DNA of 64,000 nt, from IMG/VR virus record IMGVR_UViG_3300011832_000025; one strand, given 5' to 3'. The first letter of the stretch is position 1; every line of letters starts with the position of its first letter. The position numbers were made by a program, and so were the translations under genes. The notes beneath the pieces are model-generated. The model was not told the DNA's origin and searched no databases. It worked only from the letters and a program-made list of their open reading frames with translations. This document shows, one piece after another, positions 10,212 to 20,489 of this stretch. The stretch comes from a virus. Lineage: Duplodnaviria > Caudoviricetes.

Positions 10212-10765
10212 TATGCAAATTGTCGGTCAAATCGTTGCGCGTCGCGCTCATATCTTGCGTTTTCTTTGCGCTTTTTTGCAATTGTGTGCAAGCGCTCCGC
10301 TAATTCTCTCCCCCACCGCTCGTCAGCTTGAGCAAGCCGCGCACAAATAGGGGCGACAATACTTTTGTAGCTTTCATTCTCCGCCACCAACCGCCCCAAT
10401 ACACTTTTGATCCGGTTTTGGGTAAACGCCGTTAAAGGTTGATGCTTACTGCGAAGGGAAGCGTTTTGAGCCCAACACAACCCCACAAAAACAGCCAACC
10501 CCACGTTCCCCCACACGAACGCCTTTACACTAAACTCCCCCATTTGGATCATATAAATAAAGCTGTACAAAGACACCAAACCGCTGCCCAAAATGGGCAA
10601 GAGCGTGAGCATCACCACTAAATCAGCCAAAGCGGTTTCTTCCGATGTTAAACTCGCCGCCCATGGTGCACCAAGCCAATCCCGAATATCCCATTGGGCA
10701 GAGGTGTCAAATTGCTGCATATGTGAAGAAATAAGCATAATCAAAGCCTGGCTAAGGGGAAGCAA
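10211..10765 (-). CDS. hypothetical 2-TM membrane protein (start may be 10720)
   Basis: ORF with two hydrophobic segments; loosely similar to the LPxxWW array family. Confidence 0.6.
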   Translation of the reverse strand: MLPLSQALIMLISSHMQQFDTSAQWDIRDWLGAPWAASLTSEETALADLVVMLTLLPILGSGLVSLYSFIYMIQMGEFSVKAFVWGNVGLAVFVGLCWAQNASLRSKHQPLTAFTQNRIKSVLGRLVAENESYKSIVAPICARLAQADERWGRELAERLHTIAKKRKENARYERDAQRFDRQFA

Positions 10766-10871
10766 ATCTTAGCACAGGCGTGTTCTTTTTTGCAAGATTT
10801 TGGGCTGGAGACTCTGGAATTCTGCCCCCAACTGTGCTATTCTGTGGCTTCAAATCACGTCCGGAACTGCA

Positions 10872-12644
10872 ATGGCCACCGCAAAATCACAATCACACAA
10901 GAAAAATTGGGGCGATCAAGTGGCCCATGGGGTTGAACGCAAACAAGAGTTGGGAAACACCAACACCCCTTTGGACGTGGCCGCTCATATTGTGAAGACG
11001 GTGGTCAACGCAGATCCCAACACCCCCGGGCGGTGGTTGGAGCCCGCCGTCGGCGCGGGAAATTTTTATATTGCGGTGTTGCAACATTTCCAGTCCCAAG
11101 GCGCAGATCCTTACACTGTGGCGCAAAATTTCGACGCCCTGGATATTGACGCTGACGCCATTGTGGTGTTCAAACGCCGCTTAAAGGAGCTTTTTAATTG
11201 GACCGACGCGCAAATTGACGCGTTGCCCATTCACCACACCAGTTTGGTGGATTTTACCCCCAGAGCCCCTTACGACTGGATTGTCACCAACCCTCCCTAC
11301 TTGTCCCCCCGCAATTGGGCCAAAAGCGAAACCGAGCGGGCAGAGATGCTTGCCAAATGGCAAAACGTGGTGGCCGGGGTTGATGTTCGCGCCGATTTGT
11401 TTATTTATTTCTTCCATTGGTGCCACCGTCATTTGGCGGACAACGGCAAAAGCGTTTTTTTGTGCTCTGATGGATGGTTGGACGCCGGCTACGGTCAGAC
11501 TTTGCGCGACGAAGTTGTCTCCAATCACTACAATTTGGAGCAAATTATTGTTTGGCCCTGGAAAGCATTGTTCCGCGACGACACTTGCCCCATTGTGACG
11601 GTGGTTCAGAAAACCCCCAACACGGGCACTGAACTCGTTGTGGACGATCGCAATCCTCTGGACAACAACAGCGCCTGTTACACGGGCGGCGAAAACGCGG
11701 TGTGGTCGGTGAAGTTGACCCATCAGCAAATGCTTCAATGGTTTGACCCCCAAACCCTCAACCGCCGCCAGCGGTTGGTGACAGCTCCCCCTCTTTACGA
11801 CAAATTGACGAACGTACTGGAAGAGTTGGACGTTCTCAGTGTTCCGTTGTCGCAAGTGGCTGAGGTCTCTGGTTTTGGGTGGTCGGCGCAGGATTTGCAA
11901 AAAAACCAGATTATGAAAGAGGCGGGAACATCTGCTCCTCAAACCACTCAAGTGGTGCACCCCATCTTTTTCCAAACCCAAGCTCGAGTGGGCAAACCCG
12001 TCAATTACCAACAGTTTCGCACCACTGCCTCCTTGTCTCATGAAGCGGTGTTGGACCCCACCCAAAAATTGGACGAAAAAGTTTTGCGTTTGGGCTTGCG
12101 CACGGGGGGCGTGTGGATCAGTCAAGCGATCGACCGTTTCCCATTGGTCTTTGTCCAAGACCCCAATGATTCGCCCCAAGCGTGGGTGGGAGTGTCAAAA
12201 TATTTGCACGCCCAACCCAAAGGGGTGTTAAGCGCCCGCTCCGATGTGTTGGCCGCGGTGTTGACCTCAACCCCTGTGTTGTTGATGTTGGACCGGGTGT
12301 TAAAAGAAGGCACCCGCAAAACATTGCGCACCAACGAAAACGGCTTTGCCAAGGAGATCCGCAAAAGTGATGTGGAAAACCTTTTAATTCCCAATATTGT
12401 GTTGTGGCCCTCCGCGGTGTTGGATCAAATCAGTGCGCTGCAAGCCCAACGCGGACAAGTCTCCTTACACCGTTTTGACACCGCTGTGTTAGACCCCCAC
12501 TGGCAAAAAATTGATCAGTTGATTATGCAGACAATGGGGTTTGATGCATCTGAGCAGCAGAATATGCAAAATTTGGCCGCCGCTTTATACTGGCGCCGCA
12601 TGCGCAATATTTTGCTTTACGGCCAAGCGCACAGCAACACATAA
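10872..12644 (+). CDS. N6-adenine DNA methyltransferase (Eco57I/TaqI-like, motif I before motif IV)
   Basis: WLEPAVGAGNF (SAM binding), DWIVTNPPY (catalytic), ADLFIYFF, GWLDAGYGQTLR. Confidence 0.9.
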   Translation: MATAKSQSHKKNWGDQVAHGVERKQELGNTNTPLDVAAHIVKTVVNADPNTPGRWLEPAVGAGNFYIAVLQHFQSQGADPYTVAQNFDALDIDADAIVVFKRRLKELFNWTDAQIDALPIHHTSLVDFTPRAPYDWIVTNPPYLSPRNWAKSETERAEMLAKWQNVVAGVDVRADLFIYFFHWCHRHLADNGKSVFLCSDGWLDAGYGQTLRDEVVSNHYNLEQIIVWPWKALFRDDTCPIVTVVQKTPNTGTELVVDDRNPLDNNSACYTGGENAVWSVKLTHQQMLQWFDPQTLNRRQRLVTAPPLYDKLTNVLEELDVLSVPLSQVAEVSGFGWSAQDLQKNQIMKEAGTSAPQTTQVVHPIFFQTQARVGKPVNYQQFRTTASLSHEAVLDPTQKLDEKVLRLGLRTGGVWISQAIDRFPLVFVQDPNDSPQAWVGVSKYLHAQPKGVLSARSDVLAAVLTSTPVLLMLDRVLKEGTRKTLRTNENGFAKEIRKSDVENLLIPNIVLWPSAVLDQISALQAQRGQVSLHRFDTAVLDPHWQKIDQLIMQTMGFDASEQQNMQNLAAALYWRRMRNILLYGQAHSNT

Positions 12645-12702
12645 ATTTTGACATTCTCGGCTGTTCTTTTATCATAAAGACATCTCTCTTTGTGGTATTT
12701 GT

Positions 12703-13977
12703 ATGTCCTTTCAAGAAAAAATTGACAATTTAGCGCACCTGTTGAGCACCCGCAATGTCGGGGCCATTCTCAAAACGGCCTCGGTGGATTTTGGAGTGGA
12801 CTTGCGAAAAATGGAAACCTTGGAGAATTTAAACGATTCCCAAGCTCGACAGTTTTTGCAAACCCTGTCCCCCATGTTGGATTTTAAACAACACAACCGC
12901 AGCGTATTCAACACCTGCGCGTTGTTAGGGTACAAAGAGTGCGTGGAGTTCATCATCCCCCGCACAAATGAAGAAGGCATTGCTGAAGCGCAAACGTTTG
13001 CTTTAGCGTATAACCAAACAGAGATCTTTGACCGTTTGTGGAAAGAAAAATCCGATTTGAATTTTAACAAACAGGACGTATTGAAAAAGCTCTTGGATCG
13101 CGGGGATGTCTCGCGCTTCTTTGAAGGGATATCCAAGGTGGGCGTAGCGCCCCAAAGTTTAAAGGGGTATTTTTTCCGCGCTATGTTGGCTAATAAGCCC
13201 GATATTTACGAACCGTTATACACCGCAATCAAAAAATTGCGGGTAGACGATTTCAATCCGCTGTTGGCCGCAGCCCGCTTTAGCCGTTTGGAGCCCTTTA
13301 AAAAATATTTGCCGTCGGATTACACCCCTTCGTTGGAAATGTTGGAAGACATCAAAAACAAGCCTCAATTTTTAGAAGAAGCATATCCTTACACCAGCGA
13401 CGCTGAAAAGATTTTCTTGCTGCCGTACGTGGTGAAAAACGATTGGACCGATCGCGCCAATGATATTATCACCACCTTATTGCCCAAATGGAACAGTAAG
13501 AAATACACCGCCCAAGAAAAAGAGCTCTACAAATTTAAAAATGTTGTGCATAAAACCTTTGTGCAAGCGTTGAAAAGCAACAATCTTTCCGTGGCGGAGA
13601 CAATGTTGGGGATGTTGAACAACAAAAAAGCTGTTGCCAACGAAGCATACGCAAACGCCATTGGCCACCAACAGGCCGCCAGCGCCCAGATGTTACTGCC
13701 GTACACGTCTGAAACAGGCCGTATTGCGTACGCTTGGAAATTTATCAAAGAAAACAACCAGACCGCCGCCAAATCCATGCTGGAAAACATTTCCTTAAAT
13801 AAAATGGAAAGCGCCTTGTACCAAGAGTTGGGTTTGAAGAAAAAAGACGTGGGGGGCTTGCTTGCCCACCCCTCGTTCAACGAGACGGCCGCGGCCATCT
13901 TCAGTGTCATTCAACGCGACGCCATTAAAAAGCAGGTAAAAGCCAAACCCACCGAAGAAAAACTTCGCTTAATCTAA
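12703..13977 (+). CDS. hypothetical helical-repeat protein, tail KLRLI
   Basis: 424 aa ORF; CALLGYKECVEFIIP resembles the ankyrin repeat of the 52-58 kb array. Confidence 0.65.
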   Translation: MSFQEKIDNLAHLLSTRNVGAILKTASVDFGVDLRKMETLENLNDSQARQFLQTLSPMLDFKQHNRSVFNTCALLGYKECVEFIIPRTNEEGIAEAQTFALAYNQTEIFDRLWKEKSDLNFNKQDVLKKLLDRGDVSRFFEGISKVGVAPQSLKGYFFRAMLANKPDIYEPLYTAIKKLRVDDFNPLLAAARFSRLEPFKKYLPSDYTPSLEMLEDIKNKPQFLEEAYPYTSDAEKIFLLPYVVKNDWTDRANDIITTLLPKWNSKKYTAQEKELYKFKNVVHKTFVQALKSNNLSVAETMLGMLNNKKAVANEAYANAIGHQQAASAQMLLPYTSETGRIAYAWKFIKENNQTAAKSMLENISLNKMESALYQELGLKKKDVGGLLAHPSFNETAAAIFSVIQRDAIKKQVKAKPTEEKLRLI

Positions 13978-14084
13978 TTCGTTCAGCTAAGGGGGCGGAA
14001 AACGCCCCCCACAAAAATATTCAAGGGTTGCCTCTCGGACCATTTTGCGGTAAAAAGGACATCCCTCTTGATTGTCCCCGTCCT

Positions 14085-14636
14085 ATGAAGATCTGTTTGC
14101 TTCCCTTATTGTTGTTCACCGCCCAGGCCTGGGCGTTGGACGTGCGGCCTCTAAAGGACGGGGCCCCCGCGGTTGTGGAGCAATTGCCCCCATCCACGCC
14201 CGCCCCTTCTGAGAAAAAGTCGTTGTTGGACCATCTTTCCACCTCATCAAGTCCGCCGGATTTAGCCACCCCGCCCACCACCTTACCTCCTTCTTCGGGG
14301 AAGTTGCCTCCTTTGCCCCCCTCCTTATCGGCCCCCAGTGGGAAATGGGCGGATTTGCCCCCCTTGCCCGATGGCACGCAGTTGTCCGCCCCCGACGAAT
14401 CCCGTCCGTTGCGCACCACCGGCTCTAAGGCCAAATCTCCTGCGCGTGTAGCTCCAGCGAAGCCGGATTACGCCAAAGAGTTTCCTCAGTGTGTAGCGGA
14501 AGCCCAACAGTACGCCAGCCGTTTTCCCGCCCGCTTGATGCGCAACGACAAACAAGTGTACAGCGTGGCGGTGATTGAAAACAATCAACGCAAAACCATT
14601 ACTTGTTCCGTTACCAAAGGGAAAACAATTGAATAG
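14085..14636 (+). CDS. secreted Pro-rich protein
   Basis: Signal peptide MKICLLPLLLFTAQAWA; Pro/Ser-rich linker; C-terminal Cys pair similar to 23817 protein. Confidence 0.65.
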   Translation: MKICLLPLLLFTAQAWALDVRPLKDGAPAVVEQLPPSTPAPSEKKSLLDHLSTSSSPPDLATPPTTLPPSSGKLPPLPPSLSAPSGKWADLPPLPDGTQLSAPDESRPLRTTGSKAKSPARVAPAKPDYAKEFPQCVAEAQQYASRFPARLMRNDKQVYSVAVIENNQRKTITCSVTKGKTIE

Positions 14637-14692
14637 ATGGTTTTTAAAAGAAAATCGGTTAAAATAAGCTGTCTTTCTAAAAAATAGTAAAA

Positions 14693-16396
14693 ATGAACAA
14701 TCTGTTTGTTGAAAATTTGGTGTCGTATTGGTTGAAAGTCGAACAACAAATTTTAGAGCGGCCCAGCACCAACCGCAATAAAGCGTTGTTGGATATTTGG
14801 CGTTCAATATCTTTGCCCGTCACCTTAAATCCTCCTGCGTTAGGGCTGGCAAATCAGTATTTAAATCCAAATAACAATGCTGAAGAATTTGAAGCGAAAT
14901 TAAAACAGTATGTGGAAAAGTCTTTACAAATTTTTGGAGACATACTGTTGGGTGAATTTAAAAGCGGAACCCATTTATACGCAACACTGAGCGGCGGAAG
15001 AAACCATGGGGGCGGATATATATTGTCGCCGTTTCGTGCGGAAGCGCAAAATGTTTTTGGTGTGACCCCAGATAAATTCAATACAAGTTGCGCAATTGAA
15101 GAGGCGTACTCTCAAATTGTTAAATTATCTTTGGGGGAGAAGTGGGGAGATTTGTGTTGGCAAATGTTTGAACAACTCCAGCCAACGCAACCAAGCCATA
15201 TTGAACAAGAAATTGAAAGCAATGCGGGGAACTGGAAAAGTTTGTACGAGGGAACAATACAAAATTATCCATGGAAGAAATGGAAAGAGTTGCACTCAAA
15301 ATATGGTTTTTCAGCCATAAAAATTGGGATGGACACAAATTTACAGGATGTTTCACAAGCCACCCAGAAGGTTGTGGATCTGTGCGAAAAAATGTTAAAT
15401 CTTTTCCCAACGGCGCCACATGTGGTGTCAGCCAACGGTTGTTCTTTAGAGTTCTCTGCTCTTACGGATTATTTCGGCCTTGACCACGTTGTTGGTCTTT
15501 ACCACGTTGTGTCCCACCACATCGAAATTGCAATTGACAAAAGTGGTAATGAAATGGAGAGCGCTTATATTCATGAATGGATGCACGCGGTGGATTATAA
15601 GTCACGAGGTTTTTATTACAACAACGAATATTTTGATCCAAGAGACAAAGAAATCAAACCTGTCATTGAAAAAATTTCAGCGCAGTTACAAAACTTACAG
15701 GCCGATCCAAATATCTACAAGCAGTGGCTGGAAGATGGGTATTTCACAGACGACGAGATATCTTGGAAAAACACCTTAAAACAATGGCTAAAAACATATG
15801 GGACAACCGAAACTCAAAACGATATAGAAAAGGTGGCTGTTTCTGTTGGAAAAAGTTTTATAAAGGCCTTGCACAAATTTGGAGACGACAGTGATAAAAG
15901 ACGCGCTGTTGAAAGTGTATTGCAGCCGTTTTTGGCGGTGAATGTGCCACGCAACACAATTTCAGAACTTATTTCTGAGGTTCTCAAATACAAAAATCTA
16001 CGTCTCTTTGCTGAAAAAGAGTTTAAAAAACCCCAAAGTTGCTTTATGTCCGGATCTAAGTTTGGTGATTATGTGCGCAAACAAAATCTTGTTAACAACG
16101 CAAATCCCACGGTCATTCCAATCAAACATACATACTATACTTTACCGGAAGAAATGTTGGCCCGTGCAGCAGAGATGATTATCCCCGAACTGACAGATAT
16201 GGGGTATAATCCCGAAAAAATTCACGCTAAAAGGATCACATACATTAGTGGCCAAGAGAAAAGTCAAGTCCGTCCGCTGTTCGAAGAATTGGTGAACACG
16301 TTAAACACAGTATTCACCGTCAAAACCTCATTGTCGGACAAAATTAAAGAGAAGCGTCAAGAACTGACTACCTCCGAAACAATATTTAAAATATAA
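14693..16396 (+). CDS. LPD1-like (polyvalent-protein-associated) zincin metallopeptidase domain protein
   Basis: HEWMHAVD and YYTLPEEMLARAAE; AT-richer than flanks. Confidence 0.65.
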   Translation: MNNLFVENLVSYWLKVEQQILERPSTNRNKALLDIWRSISLPVTLNPPALGLANQYLNPNNNAEEFEAKLKQYVEKSLQIFGDILLGEFKSGTHLYATLSGGRNHGGGYILSPFRAEAQNVFGVTPDKFNTSCAIEEAYSQIVKLSLGEKWGDLCWQMFEQLQPTQPSHIEQEIESNAGNWKSLYEGTIQNYPWKKWKELHSKYGFSAIKIGMDTNLQDVSQATQKVVDLCEKMLNLFPTAPHVVSANGCSLEFSALTDYFGLDHVVGLYHVVSHHIEIAIDKSGNEMESAYIHEWMHAVDYKSRGFYYNNEYFDPRDKEIKPVIEKISAQLQNLQADPNIYKQWLEDGYFTDDEISWKNTLKQWLKTYGTTETQNDIEKVAVSVGKSFIKALHKFGDDSDKRRAVESVLQPFLAVNVPRNTISELISEVLKYKNLRLFAEKEFKKPQSCFMSGSKFGDYVRKQNLVNNANPTVIPIKHTYYTLPEEMLARAAEMIIPELTDMGYNPEKIHAKRITYISGQEKSQVRPLFEELVNTLNTVFTVKTSLSDKIKEKRQELTTSETIFKI

Positions 16397-16409
16397 AACT
16401 GCGGGGCCC

Positions 16410-17114
16410 TTATGGGCCCCACAGTGCATCAAACTTGCCTTTCATCACATCACTCATGCGCGCGCGTTTTCCCGTTTCGTGATCGCTCACCATATCCTCT
16501 TGGGCGCGGTAGGTGCGGCGTTTGTCGCCCCGCATTCCCGACCCCATCTGCTGAGTCCGCACACTATTGGCGTGATCCCATTGCGCCCGATTGTCCGCCG
16601 CGTCCAAATCTTGGATCAAAGCTTCCATCGCCAAGCGCACACTGTTGTCCCGTGATCGGGTTTGAGCTGTGCGCACCAAACCGGTGGGAAGGTGAACAAT
16701 CCGGGCGCTGGCTTGAACTTTGTTGCGGTTTTGCCCACCCGGGCCGGTTCCAGAGAAAAACGAAATGGAAAAATCATCCGCTTGGCGCTTGAGGTATTTT
16801 GGATCACTTTTGCTTTCGCCCAACACCGCAACGGTCACCGTTGAACTGTGCACCCGCCCCCGTTTTTCATTTGGAGGAATGCGTTGCACACGGTGACCTC
16901 CTCCTTCTGTACGGAAAACGTCCAAATTGGAGGACGAACCTTCAATGGTAATGGTCAAAAAAGAATGGCCCGCGCTCAAATCCAACGCAGGAGTGCAATG
17001 GGTCAGTCAACCTTTGTGGGTGGCCGCCAAAATATACGCCCGGCCCAACTGAGCCGCAAACAATCGAGCGTCTGCTCCGCCTTCTGCTGCGCGGAGTTCC
17101 AGTGTGAGTTTCAT
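16410..17114 (-). CDS. short RF1-like peptide chain release factor lacking domain 1, with in-frame UGA at codon 36 (17007-17009)
   Basis: RBS aaggag; MKLTLELRAAEGGADARLFA...HKG*LTHC... continues in the same frame to GHRVQRIPPNEKRGRVHSSTVTVAVL and GPGGQNRNK; 705 nt total. Confidence 0.85.
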
Positions 17115-17235
17115 AACTGTCTCCTTTACTCTGGCAAAAGCGCCAGTTGTTCCAGTATGACAAAAAGTTTCCCCAAAAACAAGTTGACAGAAAATTGTTT
17201 TTTGAAATACTTTCTTTTTGTTCAGGGAGGTGGAT

Positions 17236-18051
17236 ATGACAGCGTTGTTGGACCAGCCTCTCTCGCGATGGGAACACTTTCGCGCCTTGTATTTGGGCGC
17301 TCAAACCACCTTCAGCACCCCCCGCCCCAAACGGTCCCGCAAAAATTGGCGCGGTGTGTTTCTTGCTCCCGTGTGTGTTCCCTTTTTGCCCACACTTGGA
17401 GTTCTGTTGGGTTCCTTTTTAGGGTGGTTTCCCGCCTTCCACACTGAAGGTGTTGCGGTGGTGATCGGCCTTGATACTCTGGCTTTGATTATCGGAAGTG
17501 TGGCCGGGCCCACGTTAAACGCACTGGGATTACTGGGTGTCGGAGCTCTCGTGGGGATGGGGATCCTATATGAAGGGGTCTCGTCCGCAGACAACCTTTA
17601 TCAAAATATATGTCAAAAGATGTTCAATAAAAATTATAGTTCTTATCCCTTAAAAAAAATGATTGAAAACCGAGAGGCGCAACTGCGCCGCCGCCACGCG
17701 TTGAGGTTGGACGAATATTCTTTAACGGAATTGCATTTTTGCCTCACCGAATGCGCTTTCCCTCTGCGCCAAAAAGTAAAAGACTGGCAAACCCACAACC
17801 CCGTTTTTCAACACCGTCATTTGGAGGAACTGCGGGCGCGCGTCGTCAACCAATTCACAACCTTTGAAGCGTACGCAGAAAAATTGCACGATTTCCGTTG
17901 CAGCAAAAACACCGGAATCACCAAAAAAGAAAAACTCTCTTGGCGAACACAGAACGACATCAATAGGCTCTTAATGCCCCAGTCCACCAATCTGCAAATT
18001 CATTTGGATAAATTCCATGAAACAAAACCAGGGCAAAAACTTCGACTGTAA
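17236..18051 (+). CDS. hypothetical membrane protein, tail KLRL
   Basis: RBS ggaggt; hydrophobic segments. Confidence 0.65.
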   Translation: MTALLDQPLSRWEHFRALYLGAQTTFSTPRPKRSRKNWRGVFLAPVCVPFLPTLGVLLGSFLGWFPAFHTEGVAVVIGLDTLALIIGSVAGPTLNALGLLGVGALVGMGILYEGVSSADNLYQNICQKMFNKNYSSYPLKKMIENREAQLRRRHALRLDEYSLTELHFCLTECAFPLRQKVKDWQTHNPVFQHRHLEELRARVVNQFTTFEAYAEKLHDFRCSKNTGITKKEKLSWRTQNDINRLLMPQSTNLQIHLDKFHETKPGQKLRL

Positions 18052-18102
18052 CCCTGGCGTTTTTCAAAAATCCATGTACAACATCCCAAACAGGAGAATT
18101 TT

Positions 18103-18513
18103 ATGAACATATTCAAATCCGCATTGCTCTGCGCCGCCTTGGTTTTGCCCTTATCAGCTTTTGCGCAGTCCACCCTGACCGCCGAAGACAACAAAGACAT
18201 TGAAAAAATGTGCACGGGCTTTGCCCTGATTTCCAAAGGAATTATGCAAGCTCGCCAAGAAGGCGAAACCAAAGAAAATGTCCGCGCCCAATTGCAGGAC
18301 GTGATCAGCCAAAAAGCCTCGGGGGGAATGTCCTCGTTCCTCACCACCAGCACCCAAGTGCTGCTGGACGAGGCCTACACTGTCCCCGTGTCAAACGACC
18401 CCGAACGCGCCAAAAATCTGAGTTTGGCGTTTGGTGTGGCCACCTACACCAAGTGCATGGACCGTTTTCCCACTATTATTGAAGAACATCGCGCCAAAAA
18501 GGCCGCAAAATAA
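18103..18513 (+). CDS. secreted hypothetical protein
   Basis: Signal peptide ending SAFA; RBS aggag; Cys pair. Confidence 0.75.
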   Translation: MNIFKSALLCAALVLPLSAFAQSTLTAEDNKDIEKMCTGFALISKGIMQARQEGETKENVRAQLQDVISQKASGGMSSFLTTSTQVLLDEAYTVPVSNDPERAKNLSLAFGVATYTKCMDRFPTIIEEHRAKKAAK

Positions 18514-18669
18514 GACCAATCCAAAATAAGATGGGCTAATCAATAAATTGATTTGAGCGTCTTAAGGTTTGTGGTTACCCTCCCCGGTTTCTGATGAACC
18601 GGGGAGATTTCGTTTGGGGGGCAGAAAAAATGTAAATAACTGATGGGTTTTTTGTATTCGGGGTGGTTT

Positions 18670-18972
18670 TTATTGGGACACAGGATCCAAAATCCACGGC
18701 GCGCTCCACACCACCCCTGAGGGGCCGCAAACGATCAACACGCCCTTTCCTGTGCGGAAAATGGCGTCCCAGGCAGAAGTGTTGAGCCCCACAATACAGC
18801 GGTGGGCGTCTTTAAAACCCAATCCATTGCGGTCGGGGAAGCTTTGGGCGCGCAAAGGGCCTTCCGGCGCCAAGCCATCAACACCGGGCAAAAATTCCAC
18901 CCACAGTTCAACCCCAACGGAAGGATCCTCTTCCGTTCTTTCCACCACCACATAATCCTGAATATCCAGCAT
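18670..18972 (-). CDS. hypothetical protein
   Basis: ORF from MLDIQDY. Confidence 0.5.
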   Translation of the reverse strand: MLDIQDYVVVERTEEDPSVGVELWVEFLPGVDGLAPEGPLRAQSFPDRNGLGFKDAHRCIVGLNTSAWDAIFRTGKGVLIVCGPSGVVWSAPWILDPVSQ

Positions 18973-19073
18973 GAATTTTTTCCGAAAAGAGAAGCATAAT
19001 ATTTGCCACACTCTTGTCAACCTTGCGCAATCGCCCCACACGCATACAATGAAAGAAGACAAGAGGGGAACCC

Positions 19074-20489
19074 ATGAAAAAATCAAAAAATTCTCTACAA
19101 CCGGTCATTGATCTTTTGCAAGAGCGCTTTGCTCAAGTTGATGTGCACGGATCCCCAACTTTTGCGCTGAAGTCTTTTGTAGCTCAGGCGCGCGACAAGT
19201 ACAACAGTCCCTCAGGGTTAAGCATACGGGAATTGGCCGATTTGGCCAGTCAAACCTACCAAGCGGGGCAATGGTGGACCCCCAATAGCGGCCACCAAGA
19301 ACTTGAGCACATTGACAATCAAATTTTGGCGTGGGCCACGGAAGAAGGGTACTTGGACGCGTCTCCTGTGGTGCGCGCGCGCACGAAAACCAACCTCCTG
19401 GGTTTGCCGCGCATTCCCGCGTTTTATTTTCCCTCTTTGACCCCAGAGAAAGGGGAAATCATGTTGGCGTCTCATGAAAACGGAGTGTTGGACGTCAACA
19501 AAAACGGCAAACCGTTGTTTGAGAAAACCCCCTTGGAAGAGCGCTTGTTTGTGCTGTTTCACGAAGCGGCCCACAGCGTGTTTGAAGACATTGCCGCGCC
19601 GTTTGTTTTGCCAGAGAATTTGTATGGGAATGTGTTTGGCCCCGCCGACGCCCAAATGATCAACCAAGTGTACTTCACCTTGCGTGTTGGTGTGCCCGCT
19701 ATTACGGTGTTTAATGAAATGTTTGCCGACACATACGGCGGCATGATGTTGTTGAAAGCCTGCGATTTTAGCGACCAGTCTCAAGAATTTTTGCGCAACA
19801 CCATGTTAATGCGGGCGGAAGAACAGGAAAAAAACGAAGAAGAACGTATTATTGCCGGAGCGCGCTCTGTGAAGCGCTTTGCCCCTCACAACACAGCGAC
19901 CTCGTTGCGGGACGTGTTGAACAATGTCGAACAGTTGCGCCATAAAACACCCCAACAGTTGCGCGCAATTGCCTGCCAGATCGCTTCCGTCAATTGGGTC
20001 AAATGGTTAAGCCCCGCGCGCACTATTCCCAGCCGCGGCGGGGAGCGTGTCCCTCAAGAAGATTTGGCGTTGCAGCGCTTGTTTGGGGTTTCTTTGGCGG
20101 ACAACGCCCTGTTTGTGGCCGCCGCCCAGTGGATGCAGGGGTTTGATCCCCAACAACACCTTTTTGCCTCAGCCCACAAAACTCTGCGCCCCCATCTTGC
20201 CGTGTTATGGTCCCATTTTGCGCCTGAGGTGGAAAAAGTGATTGCCCCCGCCGACCGCAAAAAGTGGGAAATTGGCAGTTTGTCCAAAGGCTTAACCGCG
20301 CGCATGTGGGCGTTTGTCAAAATTTATGACGTTCTTAAAAAGATGGAAAACAGCGAACAGTTCACCACCGATCGGGCGGCGTTTGAAAAATATTTGGACA
20401 AAACCCACAAAACCGCGCGCCAGAAACTCATAGATCTTCACGAAAGTTTCCCCACACCCTCTCCTTCCCGCTTTGGAAAAAAGAAATGA
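19074..20489 (+). CDS. zincin-like metallopeptidase domain protein
   Basis: LFHEAAHS...NEMFADTYG. Confidence 0.6.
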   Translation: MKKSKNSLQPVIDLLQERFAQVDVHGSPTFALKSFVAQARDKYNSPSGLSIRELADLASQTYQAGQWWTPNSGHQELEHIDNQILAWATEEGYLDASPVVRARTKTNLLGLPRIPAFYFPSLTPEKGEIMLASHENGVLDVNKNGKPLFEKTPLEERLFVLFHEAAHSVFEDIAAPFVLPENLYGNVFGPADAQMINQVYFTLRVGVPAITVFNEMFADTYGGMMLLKACDFSDQSQEFLRNTMLMRAEEQEKNEEERIIAGARSVKRFAPHNTATSLRDVLNNVEQLRHKTPQQLRAIACQIASVNWVKWLSPARTIPSRGGERVPQEDLALQRLFGVSLADNALFVAAAQWMQGFDPQQHLFASAHKTLRPHLAVLWSHFAPEVEKVIAPADRKKWEIGSLSKGLTARMWAFVKIYDVLKKMENSEQFTTDRAAFEKYLDKTHKTARQKLIDLHESFPTPSPSRFGKKK

